A stretch of DNA of 64,000 nt from Octopus vulgaris (lineage: Eukaryota), in NCBI GenBank assembly GCA_951406725.2, contig OX597831.1, forward strand, positions 14,880,001-14,944,000. Direction: 5' to 3'. A program made the position numbers and the translations under genes. This document shows, in pieces, positions 53,820-64,000 of this stretch (its first letter is position 1; every line of letters begins with the position of its first letter). The notes beneath the pieces were generated by a model. It saw only the letters and a list, made by a program, of their open reading frames with translations, was not told the DNA's origin and ran no database searches.

Positions 53820-54423
53820 GCACAGTGCAAATCTGAAGGTGGACCAACTGTATACTGTATTCTAGTACGTTCTTACCAGAATATACAACAGCTATATATA
53901 AATATATATATAACGACACACACTCACACGCCAGTACGCCGCTGCGTGTATAACACTGTGCAACACTCAAAAAAGTACAACAGATCTGTGTTCGTCAGAT
54001 GCACGTGATCATAGACATACGTGTGTACGATGAACTCGTTTTGCTTTATGCTTTTTTATTAAGTTACTCGACTGCTTTGGAGCTTTATTTTTCTTTTATT
54101 ATATTTTACATATTTCCTTAATTTCTTACTGGTAGACCTACTACAGCCGGCTCCGACGTTTCTAGACATTCACACTCCCATTATTAAAATCTATTTTGGT
54201 ATATACAGCATTTGCTTACTCGCAAAAGCGTTTTCCTTTTTTACTGTTTGGATCATTCATGAACTGTCATGCATGGACCAATTTGTTTATTCATGTCAAA
54301 TTTTGATTTGAATATGTATATCTACATATTCGGAGAAATAAAAAAACAAAAAACAAACGACAAAGACAGGTGGTATAGACAACAAATAGATGTATTAGTA
54401 TAACGCTCGGGAAGTGAAAAAGT

Positions 54424-54459
54424 CTTTAACGTTTCGAGCCTACGCTCTTCAACAGAAAG
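54424..54459 (-). ncRNA. 36-nt minimal hammerhead-like motif with variant core CUGUUGA
   Basis: CTTT-CTGTTGA-A-GAGC-GTAG-GCTC-GAAA-CG-TT-AAAG. Confidence 0.55.
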
Positions 54460-54870
54460 GAAGACAGAAAGAAACAAGGTAGTTGATGCCAGCAATCTAC
54501 AAGGCGAAGGACGGACATAAGGGTCACACACACATACACAGACACGCTAGGGGAAGGGAGACACAAAGTGGTGGTATTGATCCCAAAACGAAGTCCCCTC
54601 CGTAATACTACTCACTTCACTCTCTACTACTCACTACATACTACTACATACTACTACTACTACATACTACATACTATACATACATATCTGACAGGCTTCT
54701 GTATACTGTTTCTAGTCAATCAACTCCAGAATATACAACAGTCTTCGGTCGGCCCGATGGTATATAGAAGACATTTGCACACTACACGAAGTACGCCGGT
54801 GAATGTATAATCATGTGGTTGGAAGCACTTCAAAAAACACATCCAGATCTGCGTTCGTCAGATGCACGTG

Positions 54871-54902
<32 letters not shown>

Positions 54903-55257
54903 TATGCTTTTTTATAAATTACTCGACTGTACATTAGAACATTTTTCATTATATTTTACATATTTCCAAATAGGTAGACCTACTACAGTTAGCTCCGACG
55001 TTTCTAGACATTCAAACCACTAATTATTAATAAATTCTCGAAAGGATTGAAAATTAATAACGTTTCCTTTGGAGTATTTATCCTTTAATTACTGGTTTGG
55101 ATCATTCTATGAACTGTCATGCATGGACCAATTTGTTTATCTCTTAAATTTGTTTTGAATATGTATATCTACATATTCGGAGAAATAAAAAAATCTATTG
55201 ACAATTTTTTGTGCTAAGCCACTGGTAAGAGTAAATTCTATAATTATTAGTATACCC

Positions 55258-55305
<48 letters not shown>

Positions 55306-56039
55306 ACAGAACATTAAAAGGCCTCCAAATAAAGAATGTGTAAGCAATCTATCAAGGCGAAGGACGGACATAAAGGGGATAACACATTTAGCTAGGGTGA
55401 ATGAGAATAAAAAAGTTTACCAACTCAGCGAATCCCTCCGCGGTTTCTCATCTTTTTCTCTCCCTCTCATACATACACACATACACACACATACATACAT
55501 ACATACATACATACATACGACAGGCTTCTTTTAGTTTCTGTCAATCAACTCCATTCGAAAGTCTTCGGTCGGCCCGATGGTATAGTAGAAGACATTTGCA
55601 CAAGCTACCACGAAGTGCCGGTGAACCCAGAATCATGTGGTTGGGAAGCAAGCTTCTAAACACACATCCACGCCTGCGTCTCAGGCATGCTGACACACAC
55701 ACACACACACATATATATATATGTATAAAATCCTACTGTACATCTAGAACCTTAGCAGATGGATTCTAATCATTTGCTAGAAAAAGTCGAAAACTGCAAA
55801 CCACTAATTATGAATAAATTCTCGAAAGGATTGAAAATTAATAACGTTTCCTTTGGAGTATTTATCTATAATTAGTGGTTTGAGATTTCTACTGCTCTTT
55901 CTAGCACAAGGATTTCCTATTTGGAAGTCCCTTAATGTGTTTTAATGTACACGATATTTTATGTGAATAATATATAATCTATTGACAATTTTTTGTGCTA
56001 AGCCACTGGTAATAGTAAATTCTATAATTCTTATTACCC

Positions 56040-56095
<56 letters not shown>

Positions 56096-56403
56096 TACAT
56101 TAAATCCAAATAAAGAAGCAATATAGATACATATAATATATAAATTTATGAAATGGAATGAAAATCAAAAACGTTTACCAACTCAGCTAATCTTGTACTG
56201 CGGTTTCATCTTTTAATTATTAGCAAGCTGAATAGAATTTATCTGCCAAGGCCAGAATCATCAGCCAGAAGCCTTTTTTACCGGCATCCTCTCTGTCACC
56301 GGGTATGGTTTGCGTCTGCGCACTGGTCTGAAAAGTTAGAGTATACAGATCGTTAGATTTGCACGTACTTCTAGCGATATGTAAAGCTTGGATTATAAAG
56401 GTT

Positions 56404-56474
56404 TGCTGCTGACGAGTCTAGCCTTAGCAGATGAATTCTATTCATTTGTAAAAAGTCGAAACTGCAGTACAGGA
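56404..56474 (+). ncRNA. Type I hammerhead ribozyme motif
   Basis: CTG-CTGACGA-GTCT..CAGATGAA-ttcta-TTCATTTG..AGTC-GAAA-CTGCAG-TA-CAG, with palindromic stem III. An inverted partial copy of its 3' side is at 56095-56210. Confidence 0.6.
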
Positions 56475-56708
56475 TTAGCTGAGATGGTTAACGTTTTTGA
56501 TTGTCATTCCATTTCATGAATTTATCCCCTTTTTGTGTATCTAGCACTTGCTCCTTTATTGGAAGCATTTTAATGTATTTATATATGAATAACGTATAGT
56601 CTAATGACTAATTCGTCTTTTGTGCTAGGTCACTGGTAATAATAATTTATTTTTATTACCTCTATTTACTATGTTTTGTATATATATATATGTATGTATA
56701 TATATATG

Positions 56709-56755
<47 letters not shown>

Positions 56756-56782
56756 ATATAGATACATGCATGCATACATACG

Positions 56783-56829
<47 letters not shown>

Positions 56830-57181
56830 TTAATATATACATATATATGGGGAAAATAATGTGCTTAATACATTAATGCGTCCCCCGCATATTATTACAT
56901 TATTGCTAGTTTTTTATTTAATTAAAATTCATTCATTAGTCTTTAGTTTGGTAAATTACTTTTGTAAATTTAAGTGATTCAAGTATATTGGTGTCTTCAT
57001 CTCCAGTCTCTTATGATTACTGTTATCGTCCTCCGGCTACTCCTCCTTCTCGCCCTCCTACTCCTCCAGCACCTCTTCCTCATCACCATCATCTTCATCA
57101 TCACCATTATCATTATTATCCTCATCGTTGCTGTTGATTATCATCATCATCATCATTATTATTACTGTGATTATTATTATT

Positions 57182-57216
<35 letters not shown>

Positions 57217-57394
57217 CATTATTATTATTATTATTACTATTATTGTTGTTGTTGTTGTTGTTGTTGTATTCTTACAACTCATTACCCTTACACTCGCTGG
57301 TATCGTGTTTTATTGACATTAAATTTTGAATGAAATTCCATTTGAAACTTCTTCCCAAGCAACTGCCATTAACTCTCAACGACACGTTTATATA

Positions 57395-57536
57395 TTCTTC
57401 TTCTTCTTCTTCATCTTTTTTTTTTCTTCTTCTTCTTCTTCTTCTTCTTCTTCTTCTTCTTCTTCTTCTTCTTCTTCTTCTTCTTCTTCTTCTTCTCATC
57501 TTATTATGATTATGATTCTTCTTATTATTATAATTA

Positions 57537-57618
<82 letters not shown>

Positions 57619-57675
57619 CAGTAGTAGTAGCAATTGTAGTAGTAGCAGTAGTGGTAGTAGTAGGAATGTCATCAA

Positions 57676-57752
<77 letters not shown>

Positions 57753-57775
57753 GTAGTAGTTGCGGCAGTAGTAGT
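57395..57775. repeat. (TTC)n, (TTA)n, (TAG)n, (CAT)n microsatellite cluster
   Basis: Directly visible. Confidence 0.95.
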
Positions 57776-58186
57776 TACTATTTTAGTTTAGTATTAATTC
57801 CTGGTTGTCATTTTTTGGTAATTTTTAAGTGCTACTCTTTATATTAGCATTATTAGGAAACGAAGCGAAACGGTAAATTATGAATAGAGTCTCACGAGAA
57901 TCGAATAAATTTTAATTGAAATTTTACATCAAGAATCTCCCAAAAACCAAAATAACAGCACCAGAAATAGAAACCTGGACATACAAGTTCCAGCAGTTGC
58001 AACAACAAAGAACAAGAGCAAAGACAGAGCAAGAAAGGAAAAGACAGAGAGAGAGAGAGGAAAAATACAGAAATAAAATTAAGTGAAGCAAACATTGCGA
58101 TTATTGAAATGAATGCTTCGTATGCAAAAGCCACAACGAGCGAGATTGTCAAAATATTTTTGTTATAATATATCTCTATCCGAGAA

Positions 58187-58632
58187 TGCGGCGAGCTGGC
58201 GGAATCGTTAGCGACGCCGGGCGAAATGCTTAATGGTATTCGGTCTGCCGCTACCTTCTGAATTCAAATTCCGCCGAGGTCGACTTTGCCTTTCATCCCT
58301 TCAGGGTCGATTAAATAAGTACCAGTTACGCACTGGGGTCCATATAATCGACTTAATCCGCCTGCCTGTCCTTGTTTGTCTCCTATGTGTTTAGCCCCTT
58401 ATGGGTAGTAAAGAAATAGGTATTTCGTCTGCCGTTACGTTCTGAGTTAAAATTCCGCCGAGGTCGTCTTTGCCTTCCATCATTTCGGGGTCGATAAATT
58501 AAGTACCAGTTACGCACAGGAGTCGATGTAATCGACTTAATCCCTTTGTCTGTCCATGTTTGTCCCCTCTGTGTTTAGCCCCTTGTGGGCAATAAAGAAA
58601 TAGGTATTTCGTCTGCCGTTACGTTCTGAGTT
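58187..58632 (+). mobile_element. Family A SINE multimer (two units plus the start of a third)
   Basis: GCGGCGAGCTGGCGGAATCGTTAGC head; units are joined at AAGAAATAG-GTATTTCGTCTG. Confidence 0.88.
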
Positions 58633-59511
58633 CATATTAATTCTGACCCTTTCCGTACGTATGGTAAGGGACCAAGTAAATGTGTGTGTGTTTGTGTTCC
58701 GGTTTGTTCCCCATCTCATCTTTGTAGACTGGTATTGGTTTGATTAAATTCCTATAACTTAGCCCTTTGGCAAGGCTTCAAAAAGAAGGGAGCATTGGGT
58801 TTAATTTCCTCGACTGAACCCGTCAAGGTGATGCCCCAGCATGGCTTCTGCCTGAAAACTAAAAGAAGTAAGCCACAAATGACAGAAGATATGTATGTAT
58901 GTATATATTATGTATGTATGTATGTACACACACATAGACAGACAGTCACACACACATTTATGCAGATTTTTGCTGATGGCGAAAACAGTTTATGAAAGGA
59001 GATAAGTAATCGATACCATTTTGTGAATTGATTCCTGTAACACCTCGATAAGCTGATGCGGTTGATTAATATTTAAACATCGATCCACTTATTCACGGCT
59101 TATGGTTTAAAACCCCACTTATGATAATGTTATAACGTTCGCTTCCTTATATGACCTATAAAAATACTAAGCCTCATACTAAGTGGAAGGTGTATATTAA
59201 CGTTGCTGGTTTGTGTGCATTGAACCATGCCTTAACGGTCCGTTTTGTGAGACATTGTTGAATTAAACAGATTAGTATACTCTTAATTAGATTTTTATGT
59301 GATAATGGATTTTCGACACCGTTCGCTTAAAACGTCCGTGAAGTTCCATTCAAGACTAATTTATTTTATTCCGTATTTCAACAAATTGGATGATTTTCTG
59401 TACTGTTAGTTAATTAATGAACTGAAAGACACTTTAGCGGTTGATATTTCACGGACATTAGATTAGACCAAGTTTTGAAATGAAGCATTAGATTCCGTAG
59501 AATCTACCAAT

Positions 59512-60068
59512 TCTTTCTGTTATAGACACAAAGTCTGAAGTTTGGAAGAGGGAAATAGTTGATTACATCGGCCCCAATACTCAACTGGTACTTAATTTTT
59601 AGACCTTGAAAGGATGAAAGGTAAAGTCGACCTCGGCGGAATTTGAACTCACAACGTAGCGGCAGAGGAAATACCTATTTCTTTACTACCCACAAGTGAG
59701 GACAAACAAGAACAGACAAACGGATTAAGTCGATTACATCGACCCCAGTGTGTAACTGGTACTTATTTAATCGACCCAGAAAGAATGAAAAGCAAAGTCA
59801 ACCTCAGCTGAATTTGAACTCAGAACGTAGTAGCAGACGAAATACCGCTAACCGTTTCGCCCGAGCGCTAACGAATTTGCCAGCTTGCTGCCTTCCGATG
59901 AAATTAATAATCTTTTCTACTCTAGGCACAAGGTCCGAAATTTTGGGAGCGGGGGCCAGTTGATTAGATCGACCCCAGTACGCAACTGCTACTTAATTTA
60001 CCGACCCCGAGAAGATGAAAGGCAAAGTCGATTCCGGTGGAATTTGAACTCAGAACGTAAAGACAGAC
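59512..60068 (-). mobile_element. Family A SINE copies (dimer plus truncated monomer)
   Basis: Three GATGAAAG..AAAGTC..GAATTTGAACTC blocks. Confidence 0.8.
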
Positions 60069-60769
60069 GAAGAAACTAAGAATGAGGAAGGAATGAGCTT
60101 CTCCAAGTGTGAACTGTTTAAGAACAACCATTCGGCGTGAATGCATCCCTATGATTCCATATAGACAGAAGGAAAAAAATGGTTTGCGTAGTCCGATAGT
60201 AAGAATTATTCTCTCCACCTACCAAACGTTTTATGATATATTTTAGGGTGCTTTAGAGAAAGTATCTATTATTATTTAAACCCAAATGTGTTATGTCCAA
60301 ACAAACTCTAATTAATTACAAAAAAACTTTCCAATTCTGACCCATTATTTCAATTGTGAATGTGCAATTAATTTCGTTTTGCCTCTGTCTCTCTTTCTTT
60401 TGAAATCCTCGATGTTGCTGCGCGAGAATGGTCGCTGGAGAGCACTCACACGATCCGTTTCTCCAGAAATTCGTACGGGTCGAACGGAGTTCCAGAAGCG
60501 AGATTTCATGGAAAATAAAATGGAATATATTATTGAAATGGATGGTCCTGTAGCAGGATCTAAACAAGAAAGATCAAGAGATTATAGAAGTTGGCAAATT
60601 TTGGTGCAGGAAGTGGTGCGGCTGGCACAAATTCCACACAACAGCGTAACCGGTTGGAGGATGCTGGAAGTAGAACACACTTTGTTCATCTCCATAGAAG
60701 TTCAATTGTGCAAGAATCCCAAGAGATAGATTTTATGAGAGGTGTTCTCACAAAGTATTAACACAACCC

Positions 60770-61105
60770 CCAGCTAAAAATAAAGCATGTAACATTAACA
60801 ATAATGATGATGGACTCCCCCGTCGAAGATGACGTATGAGCATTCAGCTTTTACCGAACGACCTGCACAGATGAATGGTTTTTAGTGATGAAATGTTCCT
60901 ATCGCACATTAGCGCACTCTATCCGTCAAATCCAATTGTCTGAACTGGGGTACTATGTACCACGCATAGGTGTCAAAATAATCTCAAAGTAACATGAAAT
61001 GAAGTGTTTTGCTCAAGAACACAACGCACTAACCTGTCTAGAAATCAAACTCACGATCTCACGAACGTGACTGCAACACCCTAACCACTAATCCGTGCTC
61101 CCTCA
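60770..61105 (-). mobile_element. tRNA-derived CORE-like SINE, diverged
   Basis: Minus strand TAGTGGTTAGGGTGTTGC..GCGTTGTGTTCTTGAGCAAAACACTTCATTTC; head related to 26697. Confidence 0.6.
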
Positions 61106-61479
61106 CATAATCGGGGATTTCATTGAACATCCTCAAATAATCCTTATTCAGTGACCTTTTGAGTGGAATGGGGTACTCAACCTGAAGTAAAATTCCAACC
61201 GGGCCCTACCTGCATCGTCATGCGGTGTTAATCTTGATATGAAATCATCACGCACATATTGTTGTGATGCAGGTACCTATTATAGCCTTATCAGACGGGT
61301 AGTCATGATGGGTATATTGGACTTCGTATATTTGTGCTTCAGTGTCACTTTAATGTTGTATATATATATATATATATACTTTTTCCACTGACGAAAAGTC
61401 ACTGATCTCGATCAAGTGGAAAAAGGTAATAATAATTCTGTGAGCGTGGTATAAACATTAGCTGCATGGCATCGTGAAG

Positions 61480-61510
<31 letters not shown>

Positions 61511-61651
61511 CACAAATAAGGGCAAACGAAAAAATTTCTAATGCCAAATATGCCGAAAAATTGGACATATTGTCTATTAACAATATAATGTTTTCACAAT
61601 ACGCACGCTACTCGAAAAAAGGTCGACAGAAATTTCTAAAAAATTCCATTA

Positions 61652-61711
61652 TTACCATATCGGACCTATTTCAGGGTTAGCTCATAAGAGCCCTCCCTTC
61701 GTCAGTGATAA
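61652..61711 (-). ncRNA. Type I hammerhead ribozyme motif
   Basis: TTATCA-CTGACGA-AGGG-AG-GGCTC-TTAT-GAGCT-AA-CCCT-GAAA-TAGGTCCGA-TA-TGGTAA. Stem I TTATCA/TGGTAA. Confidence 0.7.
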
Positions 61712-61896
61712 ACGTGGCAAAAGAAATAAATGAGATACTTACTCGCACCCATGGAAGAAGCAAACACTAAGTTATGAGCACAATTAATTACCCCAAATAC
61801 ATCCAAAATAGAAATACTCTAGTCCATTCGAGACACGTGCGATTTGAACTGAGGCCCTCACAGAGTGAGAGAATCCGGAAGTGAACGCTTAAATTT

Positions 61897-62219
61897 ATAT
61901 CTAATGTAGGATAAAATTTTTTTCGAAAAAAAATTCTTTTCGAAAAAAGTTTTATCAATGGCCAGCATATTAAAAAATACCTTTAAAGGTTAAATTTATA
62001 AACAATTCATAAATAAGGGCAAACGAAAAAATTTCTAATGCCAAATATGCCGGAAAATTCTCCATTAACTATATAATTGTCCATTAACCAAATAACTTTT
62101 TACAATACGCACGCCACTCGAAAAAAGGTCGATAAATTTAAAGGTATTTTTTAATATGCTGGTCATTGATAAAACTTTTTTCGAAAAGAATTTTTTTTCG
62201 AAAAAATTTATCCTACATT

Positions 62220-62226
<7 letters not shown>
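61897..62226. repeat. Inverted repeat (~90-bp arms) enclosing a partial copy of the 61507 element
   Basis: TCTAATGTAGGATAAA..TTCGAAAA..ATCAATGGCCAGCATATTAAAAAATACCTTTAAA, with its reverse complement at 62137-62226. Confidence 0.85.
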
Positions 62227-62268
<42 letters not shown>

Positions 62269-62392
62269 GACGCTCTTGCGCTAAAAATAGATCCACAATG
62301 GTCTCAACCACCAAGAATTGTTCCCAAGCAGAGTTAGCTCAACTATGAACGTAAACGAGCAGGACAAATGAAAAATAACAAAAATGTAGATT

Positions 62393-62471
62393 AATTCTAG
62401 ACAATTGTTTCACTGTTAATGGATTATGCAAGGTTACTTACATAATATATCTACAGCTCATCAGTAGAATT
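62393..62471 (-). ncRNA. Canonical type I hammerhead ribozyme (best example in the window)
   Basis: AATTCTA-CTGATGA-GCTGT..ATTATGTAAG-TAAC-CTTGCATAAT..ACAGT-GAAA-CAATTG-TC-TAGAATT. 7-bp stem I, intact core, palindromic stem III, GUC triplet. Confidence 0.85.
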
Positions 62472-62731
62472 CGTCATGAATATAATTTACTGAACCGCAC
62501 GCCAGATTTTAACATAAAGCGTGGTTCAGTCTATTATATTCGCAGTTATGATTCGAATGCCCTGGACCCTCTCTTATATTTGTGTATTCATTTTTAGTGT
62601 ATCCCGGTTTTTATGCGCTAAACCACTTGGTTTTACATTGATGTTATTAAATTAATATCCAATTTATTCACTCTCATTTTTGATTTTATATATATATATA
62701 TATACATACATATATATATTTATATATATAT

Positions 62732-62794
<63 letters not shown>

Positions 62795-63339
62795 CAAACC
62801 AGTTACCCATGCGCTATATATATATATATATGTTTATATATGTGTGTGTGTGTGTGTGTGTATGTGCGTGCGTATACACAAGTGTGAGATCCTGAATGTT
62901 TACATCTAACTTAGAAAGTAATCTTCAGATATAAAATGTCTCGAATGACTATTAATGTATCGTACACTATTCGAAGAAAAAAGTGTTTCAGTAAAAACGA
63001 AGTAGTTATTAACGTTCGTCGGCGTTTAGGCGAGTGTGTTAGTGTGAGCCTGTGTTTATGAATGTGTTTGTCAGTTGTGTATAACAGTGAAGAGGGATTG
63101 TTCTCATCACAACATTTTATGCGAGCTGACATTTTTAAGTACTCAGCCAAATAGTCGATATAAGAAAATGGATGTGAAGTATATATTTTATCACAAGAGA
63201 ATATCTTCCTAAACGTTATTGTTTGCAATAAAAGTAACTTGGAAGATAAATAAAATATACAGAAGTATCTGAAAAAGTGTTTTATAAAGGGGAGATAATA
63301 TTTCGCTGCAGAATGGAAGATAAATAAATAAATAAATAA

Positions 63340-63405
<66 letters not shown>

Positions 63406-63749
63406 TGTATGTATATATGTAGTCTTATATTTTATGGATGCAGAAAAGGAAAATAAAATTTTATCAACTTTTACAGCGAGAATTTTTAGTTTTATATGTG
63501 AATTTATTTCTTTGTTCGAACGTGATTTGGTACAAATCATTGTAGAAGACGAAAGCTTTTTAAGAACAAAAGTTTTGTTCAGCCATAAATATTTCACCTC
63601 TCGTATACAACGTCAATCCAAAAAGTTCACTTGCATTGTAACTTTATAGAAATATATCTAAAGTTACAATGATACTGTTTGAGCATGCATCTATATTTAT
63701 GCACACGCATACTAACATATATAATTATATATATAACATATATATATCT

Positions 63750-63920
63750 TCTTTCATTCGTTCGACTGCAGCCATGCTGGTGCACCGCCTGTACTCGAAC
63801 AAATCGGAACTTGGACTTATTCTTTCGCTCTCTTTTGCCGAACCGCTAGGTTACGGGGATGTACACACACCGACATCGGTTATCAAGCGTTGGTGGGGTG
63901 ACCACACAGACACACAAACA
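63750..63920 (-). mobile_element. Family B SINE, 3' half
   Basis: Plus strand GCAGCCATGCTGGTGCACCGCC..TTTTGCCGAACCGCTAGGTTACGGGG. Confidence 0.7.
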
Positions 63921-63936
63921 CACGCGCACACATACG

Positions 63937-64000
<64 letters not shown>

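Noticed and set aside
60379-60729. 116-aa ORF, possible Tc1/maT relic (DLN..DY..WQ)
   Set aside because: Similarity is too faint to support a call.
61381-61425. CTGACGA within a TTTTCCACT/AGTGGAAAA hairpin
   Set aside because: No stem III or cleavage triplet after GAAA.

Overview
AT-rich, microsatellite-saturated eukaryotic DNA with no confidently identifiable host gene. The SINE families look like those of a coleoid cephalopod, probably Octopus (inference). Almost all ORFs in the supplied track are translations of simple repeats. The real coding content is transposon-derived: one apparently full-length CR1-like LINE with both ORFs open (about 34.3-38.9 kb; ORF1 is Myb/SANT-like plus two CCCH fingers, ORF2 is APE+RT); a 5'-truncated Penelope-like element with RT and CCHH GIY-YIG (30.8-33.2 kb); three R4/Dong fragments beside (TAA)n; two Tx1-like 3' ends inside (TATC)n; an RTE remnant; Tc1/mariner relics; a Helitron-type element; MITEs; and many tRNA-derived SINEs. 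The most interesting signal is non-coding: about ten minimal type I hammerhead-ribozyme motifs from several sequence families. They sit in short ORF-less elements, mostly in (TA)n and often with inverted partial copies, which suggests a diverse retrozyme / PLE pseudo-LTR system. Two of these elements also carry tRNA-like segments. The 54.5-55.4 kb region looks like an assembly consensus artefact. All structures were read by eye and element boundaries are approximate.
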